Shown here one piece after another: positions 1 through 11,249 of a stretch of DNA of 64,000 bases; the first letter of the stretch is position 1; each line of letters starts with the position of its first letter. The translations under genes were made by a program, and so were the position numbers. Under the pieces are notes generated by a model. It ran no database searches. It was not told the origin of the DNA and worked only from the letters and a program-made list of their open reading frames with translations. This DNA is from an uncultured delta proteobacterium (lineage in GTDB: Bacteria > Myxococcota > Myxococcia > Myxococcales > Anaeromyxobacteraceae): assembly GCA_963828255.1 (NCBI GenBank), contig CAWHDZ010000023.1, positions 1-64,000 of the forward strand, given 5' to 3'.

Positions 1-1
1 G

Positions 2-286
2 TTGAAGTCCGAGGGCTTCATCCTGGACTTCGTCCTGCACAAGGACGACGGGCACCAGGGGGCCATCACCATCCTCCTCAAGTACGGGCAGGACAGGGAG
101 CCCGCCATCAGCGACATCAAGCGGGTCTCCAAGCCCGGCCTGAGGCGCTACGTGGACACCGCCCAGATTCCCCGCGTCTTGAACGGCATGGGCATCGCCA
201 TCCTCTCGACCTCGAAGGGCGTCATGGTCGATCGGGAGGCCCGCAAGCAGAAGGTGGGCGGCGAGCTCATCTGCACCGTCTGGTAG
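2..286 (+). CDS. rpsH: 30S ribosomal protein S8 (5'-truncated by window edge)
   Basis: [10 protein letters not shown]...[12 protein letters not shown]...GGELICTVW is the S8 C-terminal signature; spc operon order. Confidence 0.97.
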   Translation: MKSEGFILDFVLHKDDGHQGAITILLKYGQDREPAISDIKRVSKPGLRRYVDTAQIPRVLNGMGIAILSTSKGVMVDREARKQKVGGELICTVW

Positions 287-294
287 GAGCATCC

Positions 295-837
295 ATGTCC
301 CGCATCGGAAAGCTTCCGGTCAAGATCCCGGAGAAGGTCAAGGTCATCGTGGACGGAACCACGGTGAAGGTCGAGGGGCCGAAGGGCAAGACCTCGTTCA
401 AGGCCAACGCCCTGATGAAGTTCCAGGTGGACAAGGGCGAGGTGCTGGTCCTCCGCCCCGACGAGTCCACGCTGGCCCGCTCGCTCCACGGGCTGACGCG
501 CACGCTCGTGCGCAACGCCATCGACGGGGTCACCAAGGGCTACGAGAAGACCCTCGAGATCGTCGGGGTCGGCTTCAAGGCCGAGGGGAAGGGCAAGGAG
601 GTCAACTTCATCCTTGGCTTCTCCCACCCGGTGGTCTTCAAGCTCCCCGAGGGGATCACCGCCGAGGTCGATCCGAAGCAGACCAAGGTCACGGTCCGCG
701 GCGCCGACAAGCACCTGGTGGGAATGACCGCCGCCCGCATCCGCGAGCTCCGGCCGCCCGAGCCGTACAAGGGCAAGGGCATCAAGTACAGCACCGAGAT
801 CATCCGCCGCAAGGAAGGCAAGACCGGCGCGGCCTAG
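295..837 (+). CDS. rplF: 50S ribosomal protein L6
   Basis: MSRIGKLPV start, [13 protein letters not shown] motif. Confidence 0.98.
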   Translation: MSRIGKLPVKIPEKVKVIVDGTTVKVEGPKGKTSFKANALMKFQVDKGEVLVLRPDESTLARSLHGLTRTLVRNAIDGVTKGYEKTLEIVGVGFKAEGKGKEVNFILGFSHPVVFKLPEGITAEVDPKQTKVTVRGADKHLVGMTAARIRELRPPEPYKGKGIKYSTEIIRRKEGKTGAA

Positions 838-891
838 CGGCCGCCCGCTCATGTGCCGGCTGGGTCTGCGCCGGCGCAAGGAGGAGCAAAC

Positions 892-1251
892 ATGGCAGAG
901 AAGGTCACCCCGCGCGAGAAGCGCAAGGCGCGAATCCGCAAGAAGCTGTCGGGCACCGCGGAGCGTCCGCGCCTCACCGTCTACCGGAGCCTGAACCACA
1001 TCTACGCCCAGCTGGTGGACGACGTGGCCGGCACCACCATCGCGTTCGCCGGGACGACGTCCAAGGCGCTGCGCGAGGCGGTGAAGGAAGACGACAAGAC
1101 CGCCGCGGCCAAGAAGGTCGGGACGGCGGTCGCCAGGATGGCGCTCGACAAGGGCGTCACCCATGTCGTCTTCGATCGAAATGGTTTCGACTACCACGGC
1201 CGTGTCGCCGCGGTGGCGGAGGCCGCCCGCGAGGCCGGCCTCAAGTTCTAG
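892..1251 (+). CDS. rplR: 50S ribosomal protein L18
   Basis: [38 protein letters not shown] before ATG 892. Confidence 0.97.
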   Translation: MAEKVTPREKRKARIRKKLSGTAERPRLTVYRSLNHIYAQLVDDVAGTTIAFAGTTSKALREAVKEDDKTAAAKKVGTAVARMALDKGVTHVVFDRNGFDYHGRVAAVAEAAREAGLKF

Positions 1252-1273
1252 ACACTTTAGGATTGAGGGACGA

Positions 1274-1777
1274 ATGGCTGCTCCCATCAACGTGAACGAT
1301 CTCGATCTGACGGACCGCGTGGTCCACATCAACCGCGTCGCCAAGGTGGTCAAGGGCGGACGGCGCTTCAGCTTCTCCGCCCTCATCGTGGTAGGCGACG
1401 GCCAGGGGCACGTCGGCGTCGGCCTGGGGAAGGCCAACGAGGTGCCGGAGGCCATCCGCAAGGGCGGCGAGCAGGCCAAGAAGAACGTGTTCAAGGTGCC
1501 CATGTCCGGGACCACCATCCCGCACGAGGTGATCGGCCACTTCGGCGCCGGGAAGGTGCTCCTCAAGCCGGCCAGCGAGGGCACCGGCGTGATCGCCGGC
1601 GGCGCAGTCCGCGCCGTCCTCGAGGCCGCCGGGGTGCGCAACGTGCTCACCAAGAGCCAGGGGTCGCGCAATCCGCACAACGTGCTCAAGGCCACGGTCG
1701 AGGGGCTCAAGCGGCTGCGCAATGCAGACCGCGTCGCCCAGATGCGCGGCAAGACCATTGCCGAAATGACGGAATAG
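1274..1777 (+). CDS. rpsE: 30S ribosomal protein S5
   Basis: [37 protein letters not shown] 1274 after GAGGGA. Confidence 0.98.
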   Translation: MAAPINVNDLDLTDRVVHINRVAKVVKGGRRFSFSALIVVGDGQGHVGVGLGKANEVPEAIRKGGEQAKKNVFKVPMSGTTIPHEVIGHFGAGKVLLKPASEGTGVIAGGAVRAVLEAAGVRNVLTKSQGSRNPHNVLKATVEGLKRLRNADRVAQMRGKTIAEMTE

Positions 1778-1792
1778 GGCAGGGGACCCAAG

Positions 1793-2020
1793 ATGGCAGC
1801 CATCAAGGTGACGTTGAAGCACGGACTCTCCGGGATCCCGGCGGACCAGCGGGCGACGGTGACGGGAATGGGTCTGAAGAAGACCAATTCGTCGAAGATC
1901 CTCCCCGACAACCCGGCAACCATGGGGATGATCCGCAAGGTGGGTTATCTCCTCGTCTGGGAGCGCGTGGACGCCCCGGCGCCGGTGGGCCGCCTGGCCA
2001 GGAAGTCGAAGGGCGCGTGA
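1793..2020 (+). CDS. rpmD: 50S ribosomal protein L30
   Basis: IKVTL...[12 protein letters not shown]...[12 protein letters not shown]; lies between rpsE and rplO. Confidence 0.93.
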   Translation: MAAIKVTLKHGLSGIPADQRATVTGMGLKKTNSSKILPDNPATMGMIRKVGYLLVWERVDAPAPVGRLARKSKGA

Positions 2021-2066
2021 GGGCGCCCGGCGCCCCCCGCTCCAACGCGTGTAGAAAGGGAAGCTC

Positions 2067-2585
2067 ATGTCTTCGCTGAACCAGCTGAAGGCGCCTCGCG
2101 GCGCCACCAAGGTCCGCAAGCGCGTCGGTCGCGGCCAGGGCTCCGGCCTTGGCAAGACCGCCGGCCGCGGCGGCAAGGGCCAGAAGGCCCGCTCCGGCAA
2201 CATGCACTTCGAGGGCTTCGAGGGCGGTCAGATGCCGCTCCAGCGCCGCCTTCCGAAGTTCGGGTTCATCAACCACTTCCGGCTCGAGTTCGAGGAGGTC
2301 CAGGTGACCGACCTCGGCCTGCTCCCGGCCGGCAGCGTGGTGGACCTCCAGGCCCTGAAGGGGGCCGGGCTGGCCCGCGGCAAGGGCGACGGCGTGGTGG
2401 TGCTCGGCAAGGGCGAGCTCACCGGGGCCTACACCGTCCGCGTCGAGCGGGTCACCGCCGGGGCGCGCGAGGCCATCGAGAAGGCCGGCGGCAAGGTGGA
2501 CACCCTGCCGGCGCGCCAGACCATGGGCGAGAAGCAGAAGGCCGAGAAGGCCGAGAAGAAGGCCAAGGCAAAGGGCAAGGCGTAG
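2067..2585 (+). CDS. rplO: 50S ribosomal protein L15
   Basis: [38 protein letters not shown]. Confidence 0.98.
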   Translation: MSSLNQLKAPRGATKVRKRVGRGQGSGLGKTAGRGGKGQKARSGNMHFEGFEGGQMPLQRRLPKFGFINHFRLEFEEVQVTDLGLLPAGSVVDLQALKGAGLARGKGDGVVVLGKGELTGAYTVRVERVTAGAREAIEKAGGKVDTLPARQTMGEKQKAEKAEKKAKAKGKA

Positions 2586-2604
2586 GCGGCGCGGGGGGTA
2601 CGGG

Positions 2605-3939
<1,335 letters not shown>

Positions 3940-3971
3940 ACGCGCCGGTCGGCGCGCACCGGGAGAGCCGC

Positions 3972-4622
3972 ATGATCCTCATCCTCTTGGGACCTCCGGG
4001 CGCCGGGAAGGGCACGCAGGCCAAGCTACTCGCCAGCAAGCTGCAGATCCCGCACATCTCCACCGGTGACATGTTCCGCGACCACAAGGCGCGGGGCACC
4101 GGGCTCGGGAAGACCGTGGACGCCATCATGTCCTCGGGCGGCCTCGTTCCCGACGACGTCACCAACGCCATGGTCAAGGACCGGCTCTCGCGCCCGGACG
4201 TGGCCGGCGGGTTCATCCTCGACGGCTACCCCCGCACCACGGCGCAGGCAGGCTACCTCGACCAGGTCCTGGTCTCGATGGGCCGGAAGCTCGACCGGGC
4301 GGTCTCCTACGAGATCGCCCAGGAGCTCCTGGTGGACCGCATGAGCGGCCGGCGCAGCTGCCCGACCTGTGGCGCGGTGTACCACGTGACGGCGAACCCG
4401 CCCCGCACTGCCGGCGTGTGCGACCGGGAGGGCGCCGCGCTCGTGCAGCGCGACGACGACAAGGCCGATACGGTGGCCCGCCGGCTGCGGGAGTACGAGT
4501 CCAAGACCGAGCCGCTCAAGCGCTACTACCACGAGCGGGGCAGCCTCTCGGAGGTGGCCGGGACCGGCGCGCCCGACGAGGTGCTCGGGGCGGCGCTGCG
4601 GGTCCTGGGCCAGGTTTCCTAG
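3972..4622 (+). CDS. adk: Adenylate kinase
   Basis: LLGPPGAGKGTQA P-loop, GFILDGYPRT, Zn-type LID (CPTC..CD). Confidence 0.97.
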   Translation: MILILLGPPGAGKGTQAKLLASKLQIPHISTGDMFRDHKARGTGLGKTVDAIMSSGGLVPDDVTNAMVKDRLSRPDVAGGFILDGYPRTTAQAGYLDQVLVSMGRKLDRAVSYEIAQELLVDRMSGRRSCPTCGAVYHVTANPPRTAGVCDREGAALVQRDDDKADTVARRLREYESKTEPLKRYYHERGSLSEVAGTGAPDEVLGAALRVLGQVS

Positions 4623-5374
4623 TGCAGCTCAAGTCGGCCGAGGAGCTCGCGCGGATGCGCGACGCCGGGCGGGTCGTCCGCACCGTGCTCGACGAGGTCG
4701 CGGCTGCCGCGGTCGCAGGAGTCTCCACCGCCGAGCTCGACCGTCTCGCCGAGGCCCGCACGCGGGCCCTGGGCGCGGTGCCGGCCTTCAAGGGCTACCT
4801 GGGCTACCCGGCCAGCGTCTGCATCTCGGTGAACGACGAGGTGGTCCACGGGATCCCCTCCGAGAGCCGCATCCTGAGCGACGGGGACCTGGTGGGGCTC
4901 GACTTCGGCGCCATCCTGGGTGGATTCCACGGGGACGCCGCCGAGACCGTCCTGGTGGGGCAGGGGAGCCCGGAGGCCATGCGGCTGCTGGCCGCCACCC
5001 GGGAGGCTCTTGCCGCCGGGGTCGCGGCCGCGCTGCCGGGCGGCCGGGTGGGGGACATCGGGGCCGCGGTGCAGCGCAGCGCGGAGGCCCGGGGGTTCTC
5101 GGTGGTCCGCGAGTTCGTCGGGCACGGGATCGGGCGAAAGCTCCACGAGCCTCCCCAGGTGCCCAACTTCGGGGAGCCCGGCACGGGAGCCTGGATGCGC
5201 CCCGGACTGGTCCTGGCCATCGAGCCGATGGTGAACGCGGGGCTGCCCGGGGTCCGGACCCTGGTCGACGGCTGGACCGCGGTCACCGAGGACGGGAGCC
5301 TTTCGGCGCATTTCGAGCACACCGTGGCCATCACGGAGGCGGGTCCGGAGGTCCTCACCCGGTCGGGGAACTGA
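4622..5374 (+). CDS. map: Methionine aminopeptidase type I
   Basis: CISVNDEVVHGIP, GHGIGRKLHEPP, AIEPMVN, SAHFEHT; GTG overlaps the adk TAG. Confidence 0.97.
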   Translation: MQLKSAEELARMRDAGRVVRTVLDEVAAAAVAGVSTAELDRLAEARTRALGAVPAFKGYLGYPASVCISVNDEVVHGIPSESRILSDGDLVGLDFGAILGGFHGDAAETVLVGQGSPEAMRLLAATREALAAGVAAALPGGRVGDIGAAVQRSAEARGFSVVREFVGHGIGRKLHEPPQVPNFGEPGTGAWMRPGLVLAIEPMVNAGLPGVRTLVDGWTAVTEDGSLSAHFEHTVAITEAGPEVLTRSGN

Positions 5375-5403
5375 GTTCCCCGGGGCCAAGGATCATGTGG
5401 CGC

Positions 5404-5432
5404 TTGCATGGCAAAATTACGCGTGTTATAGG
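5404..5432 (+). promoter_or_regulatory. Sigma-70-type promoter for the rpmJ/alpha operon
   Basis: TTGCAT (5404-5409), 17 nt, TATAGG (5427-5432) with upstream TG, in an AT-rich patch. Confidence 0.7.
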
Positions 5433-5514
5433 GCGCCCTTCGCATCGGGCCGATGTGTGTGGTCCGGGTGCGTCAGGAGTCGAGGAAACTCGAGGGGGCA
5501 AGGCGCCTCCGATG

Positions 5515-5545
5515 GTCCCGCCGGCAGGCACGGCGGGGCTTTTCG
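5515..5545 (+). terminator. Intrinsic terminator-like hairpin inside the rpmJ leader (possible attenuator)
   Basis: GTCCCGCCG/CGGCGGGGC stem followed by TTTTCGT. Confidence 0.6.
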
Positions 5546-5581
5546 TCTCGTGCCAGAACTTTTCGGTCGGGTGACAAGGTC

Positions 5582-5698
5582 ATGAAGGTCCGCGCGTCGG
5601 TGAAGAAGATCTGCGACAAGTGCAAGGTCGTGAAGCGCAAGGGCGTCGTGCGGATCATCTGCGCGGCGAATCCCCGCCACAAGCAGCGCCAGGGCTAG
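5582..5698 (+). CDS. rpmJ: 50S ribosomal protein L36 (Zn-binding form)
   Basis: [38 protein letters not shown]. Confidence 0.98.
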   Translation: MKVRASVKKICDKCKVVKRKGVVRIICAANPRHKQRQG

Positions 5699-5734
5699 CC
5701 AACGGGCTAGACCCGGAGAACCGGAGACAGAGGA

Positions 5735-6121
5735 ATGGCTCGTATCGCCGGCGTCGACCTCCCCGCAGAAAAGCGCGTCGAGATCTCGCTCCAGTACATT
5801 TTCGGGATCGGGAAGGCCACCGCCAAGAAGGTCCTCGCCAAGGCGGGGATCGACCCGGTCACGCGGACCAAGGATCTGGACGACGATCAGATCCGCCACA
5901 TTCGCGAGGCCATCGAGGCCGTCACCCAGGTCGAAGGCGACCTGCGGCGAGAGACCTCCATGAACATCAAGCGCCTCATGGACCTGGGCTGCTACCGCGG
6001 CCTCCGCCACCGCAAGGGGCTTCCGGTCCGCGGCCAGCGCACCCACACCAACGCCCGCACCCGCAAGGGCCCGAAGCGGGGCCTCGTGCGCAAGGCTGCG
6101 GCCGCACCGGCCCCCCGCTAG
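5735..6121 (+). CDS. rpsM: 30S ribosomal protein S13
   Basis: [36 protein letters not shown]. Confidence 0.98.
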   Translation: MARIAGVDLPAEKRVEISLQYIFGIGKATAKKVLAKAGIDPVTRTKDLDDDQIRHIREAIEAVTQVEGDLRRETSMNIKRLMDLGCYRGLRHRKGLPVRGQRTHTNARTRKGPKRGLVRKAAAAPAPR

Positions 6122-6159
6122 GATGCCCGGCGTGATTTCGCAGAGAACGGAGAGCCAGC

Positions 6160-6678
6160 GTGGCTGACGAGAAGCAGGCCGAGAAGGCCGAGAAGCCGGT
6201 GAAGAAGGCCGAGGCGGCTCCCGCCAAGGTCGAGGAGTCGGCGCCCTCCGCCGTCCCGAACCTGACCGGCATCGAGCCGGTGACCGCGTCCCCCGTGACC
6301 CCGAAGAAGGGGAAGAAGCGGGTCAAGAAGAACGTGGCCAGCGGGATCGTGTACATCAACTCCACCTTCAACAACACGATGATCACCATCACCGATCCGA
6401 CCGGGAACGTCCTGTCCTGGTCGTCGGCCGGCGCGCGCGGCTTCAAGGGCTCGCGCAAGTCCACGCCGTTCGCCGCCCAGGTGGCGGCGGGCGATGCGGC
6501 CGCCAAGGCCATGGAGCACGGCCTCAAGGCCGTGGTGGTCATGGTCAAGGGGCCGGGCGCTGGGCGCGAGTCGGCGCTCCGGGCCATCGCCTCTGCCGGC
6601 CTGAAGATCTCGCTCATCAAGGACGTCACGCCCATCCCGCACAACGGCACCCGGCCCCCCAAGCGCCGGCGCGTCTGA
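6160..6678 (+). CDS. rpsK: 30S ribosomal protein S11 with long N-terminal extension
   Basis: [49 protein letters not shown] before GTG 6160. Confidence 0.97.
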   Translation: MADEKQAEKAEKPVKKAEAAPAKVEESAPSAVPNLTGIEPVTASPVTPKKGKKRVKKNVASGIVYINSTFNNTMITITDPTGNVLSWSSAGARGFKGSRKSTPFAAQVAAGDAAAKAMEHGLKAVVVMVKGPGAGRESALRAIASAGLKISLIKDVTPIPHNGTRPPKRRRV

Positions 6679-6699
6679 GACGGACAGGAGACGAACACA

Positions 6700-7326
6700 G
6701 TGGCTCGTTACACCGAAAGCGTCTGCCGGCTCTGCCGCCGCGAGAATCTCAAGATGTACCTGAAGGGCGACCGCTGCTACACGGACAAGTGCGCCATCGA
6801 GCGCCGTCCGTACCCGCCCGGACAGCACGGCCAGGGCCGCATCAAGTTCAGCGAGTACGGCGTCCAGCTGCGCGAGAAGCAGAAGGTCAAGCGCATGTAC
6901 GGGCTCCTCGAGTCGGGCTTCCGGCACGCCTTCGCCGGCGCCGCCGCCGCCAAGGGGCGCACCGGTGAGAACCTGCTGCGCGGGCTCGAGCTCCGGCTCG
7001 ACAACGCCGTGTTCCGGCTCGGCTTCGCCGACAGCCGCAACGAGGCGCGCCAGCTGGTGCAGCACGGCCACTTCCGGGTCAACGGCCGCAAGGTCACCAT
7101 CCCCTCCTACCAGCTGCGCACCGGGGACGTCGTGGACGTCCGCGACCGCAGCAAGAAGGTGGCCCGGATCGCCGAGGCCATCGAGGCGGTGGACCGGCGC
7201 GGCGTCCCGGCCTGGCTGGAGCTCGACAAGGCGGCGTTCAAGGGCACGGTGCGGACCGCACCGTCGCGCGAGGACATCACCATGCCGATCCAGGAGCAGT
7301 TGATCGTCGAGCTTTACTCGAAGTGA
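6700..7326 (+). CDS. rpsD: 30S ribosomal protein S4 (Zn-finger form)
   Basis: [41 protein letters not shown]. Confidence 0.98.
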   Translation: MARYTESVCRLCRRENLKMYLKGDRCYTDKCAIERRPYPPGQHGQGRIKFSEYGVQLREKQKVKRMYGLLESGFRHAFAGAAAAKGRTGENLLRGLELRLDNAVFRLGFADSRNEARQLVQHGHFRVNGRKVTIPSYQLRTGDVVDVRDRSKKVARIAEAIEAVDRRGVPAWLELDKAAFKGTVRTAPSREDITMPIQEQLIVELYSK

Positions 7327-7459
7327 TACCCCGGGCGCGGCCTGCCGGCCGCGCCCGACGTCGTCGGAATCCAACACGAAGCGTCGCGCGCCCCACGGCG
7401 CCCTGACCCCGCCGGGCTGCGGAGGAAGGGGAGGGGGCGGCGGCCAAAGGAGAAAGCCC

Positions 7460-8476
<1,017 letters not shown>

Positions 8477-8509
8477 GCGTCCAACGAACTCTCCGAGGGA
8501 GATGCCGAG

Positions 8510-9013
8510 ATGAAGCACCGCGTAGCCGGCCGCCGGCTCGACCGAACCACAGAGCACCGGATTGCGATGTTCCGCAACCAGGTGACCCAGCTCCTGCGCC
8601 ACGAGCGCATCGTGACCACCACGCCCAAGGCGAAGGAGCTGAAGCGCATCGCCGACAAGGTCATCACCCTGGGCAAGAAGGGCACCGCCCACGCGCGGCG
8701 CATCGCCTTCCGCGACGTCCGCGACGGCGAGGTGATCGAGAAGCTGTTCGGCCCCATCGCCGAGCGGTACGCCTCGCGCGCCGGCGGCTACAGCCGGATC
8801 ATCCACAAGGGCAAGCGGCACGGCGACAACGCCGACATGTCGATCATCGAGCTCGTCGACCGCGTCGTCACGGCCGCGGAGCCCGAGAAGGCCGAGAAGG
8901 GCGACAAGCCCGCGAAGCCCGCAAAGGCCGAGAAGGCCGAGAAGAAGTCCGACAAGAAGGCCCCCGCCGAGAAGGCGCCGAAGGCCAAGGCCAAGAAGGC
9001 CAAGGGCGAGTAG
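8510..9013 (+). CDS. rplQ: 50S ribosomal protein L17 with Lys/Ala/Glu tail
   Basis: [35 protein letters not shown]. Confidence 0.98.
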   Translation: MKHRVAGRRLDRTTEHRIAMFRNQVTQLLRHERIVTTTPKAKELKRIADKVITLGKKGTAHARRIAFRDVRDGEVIEKLFGPIAERYASRAGGYSRIIHKGKRHGDNADMSIIELVDRVVTAAEPEKAEKGDKPAKPAKAEKAEKKSDKKAPAEKAPKAKAKKAKGE

Positions 9014-9033
9014 CCCGGAAGGAGGAGTATCCG

Positions 9034-9291
9034 ATGGCGGTTGTCCTTCGCCTTTCCAGGGCGGGAACGCACAAGGCGCCGTTCTACCACGTGGTGGCCA
9101 CCGACTCGCGCAAGCCGCGCGATGGCCGCTACCTGGAGGACGTCGGCCAGTACGACCCGACCCAGTCCCCGATCCGCCTGCAGCTCAAGGTCGATCGCGT
9201 CGATTTCTGGCTCAAGGCCGGCGCCAAGCCGAGCCCCACGGTCGCAAAGCTCATCAAGCTGGCCAGGGCAGCGGTTCCGGCTCCGGCCTAG
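9034..9291 (+). CDS. rpsP: 30S ribosomal protein S16
   Basis: LRLSRAG..PFYHVVATDSRKPRDGRYLE..GAKPS. Confidence 0.97.
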   Translation: MAVVLRLSRAGTHKAPFYHVVATDSRKPRDGRYLEDVGQYDPTQSPIRLQLKVDRVDFWLKAGAKPSPTVAKLIKLARAAVPAPA

Positions 9292-9317
9292 TTCCGGGCC
9301 TCCCGGGCGGTTCGGCC

Positions 9318-9548
9318 ATGCGCGACCTGCTTCTCTGGCTGGCGAAGGAGCTGGTGGACCGGCCGGACGAGGTCCACGTGGACTCCATCGACCGCGAGCG
9401 AAGCGTGGTCCTCGAGCTCGCCGTCGATCCGGCCGACCTCGGGCGGGTGATCGGCCGCGGCGGCAAGACCGCCAAGGCCATCCGCACCGTGGTGGACGCG
9501 GCGGCGCGGCGCGAGGGTCGGCGGGCCGTCGTCGACATCCTCGACTGA
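9318..9548 (+). CDS. khpA: KH-domain RNA-binding protein
   Basis: [26 protein letters not shown] (GxxG KH motif); between rpsP and rimM. Confidence 0.92.
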   Translation: MRDLLLWLAKELVDRPDEVHVDSIDRERSVVLELAVDPADLGRVIGRGGKTAKAIRTVVDAAARREGRRAVVDILD

Positions 9549-10081
9549 TGGCCTGGGTCCGGCTCGGCACCGTGGTCCGGGCCGTCGGCCTCGACGGCAA
9601 GGTCGGGGTGGCCGGCACCGAGGGCGCGCTCCCGAGGATGAGCACCGTGGCGCTCCGCAGGGCGGGCGCGGCGGAGACCGAGCGCAGGGTCCTCTCCGCA
9701 GGACCGCAGGGGCGGATCTGGTGGCTGCGCCTCGAGGGCGTGGAAGACCGCACGGGCGCCGACGCGCTGCGGGGCAGCGAGGTGTGGGGGCGGCGGGAGG
9801 AGATGGGAGACGCCGGCGAGGGGCGCCACTTCTGGGCCGACCTCGAGGGGATGCCGGTGGTCGAGGCCAGCGGGGTCGAGCTGGGACGGGTGGTGGAGCT
9901 CTACGTGACCGGGGGCGTGGACGTGCTGGTGGTCCGCGGTCCCGGGGGAGAACGGCTGGTGCCGCTCGCTCCCTGGGTCACGGTGGATCGGGAGCAGGGC
10001 CGGGTGGTGGTGGATGCGCCTCCCGGGCTGCTGGAGCTGGACGACGAGGAGGAGCGCGGGACGAAGAGGAGACCGACGTGA
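9548..10081 (+). CDS. rimM: 16S rRNA processing protein RimM
   Basis: [41 protein letters not shown]; synteny. Confidence 0.93.
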   Translation: MAWVRLGTVVRAVGLDGKVGVAGTEGALPRMSTVALRRAGAAETERRVLSAGPQGRIWWLRLEGVEDRTGADALRGSEVWGRREEMGDAGEGRHFWADLEGMPVVEASGVELGRVVELYVTGGVDVLVVRGPGGERLVPLAPWVTVDREQGRVVVDAPPGLLELDDEEERGTKRRPT

Positions 10082-10818
10082 AGCGGCTGGAGGTGGAGAT
10101 CCTGACCCTCTTTCCCCGGATGTGCGAGGGGTACCTCTCCGAGAGCATCCTCGGAAAGGCGCGGGAGGCAGGGCTCCTGGACACGCGGGTGACCGACATC
10201 CGCGAATACGCCTCCGGGAAGCACCGGGTCACCGACGACGCTCCCTACGGTGGGGGCGGCGGGATGGTGATGAAGCCGGAGCCGCTGACCGCCGCCATCG
10301 AGGCCGCCCGTGAGCGGCTGCCCGGGGCCAGGGTGCTGCTCATGAGCCCCCGGGGCGCGCCGCTCTCGCAGCGGCTGGTGGAGGAGCTGGCGGAGCACGG
10401 ACGTCTCGTCATCGCCTGCGGGCGCTACGAGGGAGTGGACGAACGCGTGAGGACGGCAGTCGACATGGAGGTCTCCTGCGGGGACTTCGTGCTCACCGGA
10501 GGTGAGCTGGCGGCGCTCTGCGTCGTGGACGCGGCCGCACGCCTGGTCCCGGGGGTTCTCGGAAACGAGACCTCGGCCGGCCGGGAGAGCTTCGCCGGAG
10601 TCCCCCTCCTGGAGTACCCTCACTACACGCGGCCGCCGGCGTTCCGTGGAGTGGAGGTCCCCGAGGTCCTCCTTTCCGGGGATCACCGGCGCGTCGAGAG
10701 GTGGCGCCGGCGCGAGTCGCTCCGGGTCACGCGGGAACGGCGCCCGGATCTGTTCGCGCGCCTGCAACTGGACGAAGACGACCGCCGGCTCATCGAGGCC
10801 GGCGACGACGAGCTGTAA
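10078..10818 (+). CDS. trmD: tRNA (guanine-N1)-methyltransferase
   Basis: [41 protein letters not shown]. Confidence 0.98.
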   Translation: MKRLEVEILTLFPRMCEGYLSESILGKAREAGLLDTRVTDIREYASGKHRVTDDAPYGGGGGMVMKPEPLTAAIEAARERLPGARVLLMSPRGAPLSQRLVEELAEHGRLVIACGRYEGVDERVRTAVDMEVSCGDFVLTGGELAALCVVDAAARLVPGVLGNETSAGRESFAGVPLLEYPHYTRPPAFRGVEVPEVLLSGDHRRVERWRRRESLRVTRERRPDLFARLQLDEDDRRLIEAGDDEL

Positions 10819-10831
10819 GGGAGATGAGACG

Positions 10832-11206
10832 ATGCTGCGCAAGGAAATCGCCGCCGTAGAGGCCAAGTATCTCCGCAAGGACGTTCCCGTCTTCCGTGGT
10901 GGGGACACCGTGCGGGTGCACACGAAGATCAAGGAAGGCGACAAGGAGCGCATCCAGCTGTACGAGGGCATCGTCATCGCCTCGTCCGGCGGCGGCCCGC
11001 GCGCCATGTTCACCGTCCGCAAGGTGAGCTACGGCGTGGGCGTCGAGCGCATCTTCCCGGTCCACAGCCCCCGCATCGACCGCATCGAGGTGGTGGGGCG
11101 TGGCGCCGTCCGCCGGTCGCGCCTGTACTACCTGCGCAACCTCCAGGGGAAGGCCGCCCGCGTCCAGCAGGAAGAGGGACCGGGCGCGTCCAGCCGGACC
11201 GTCTAG
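10832..11206 (+). CDS. rplS: 50S ribosomal protein L19
   Basis: [42 protein letters not shown]. Confidence 0.98.
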   Translation: MLRKEIAAVEAKYLRKDVPVFRGGDTVRVHTKIKEGDKERIQLYEGIVIASSGGGPRAMFTVRKVSYGVGVERIFPVHSPRIDRIEVVGRGAVRRSRLYYLRNLQGKAARVQQEEGPGASSRTV

Positions 11207-11249
11207 ACCTTTCCCGCGCTCCGTGCGCGGAGTACAGTTCCCGGTCGAC

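Noticed and set aside
5461..5510. Leader as a ZTP riboswitch, hammerhead or SRP RNA
   Set aside because: Lacks the GACUGGCG, CUGAUGA and GGAAGCAGC cores respectively; kept only as an unknown structured leader.
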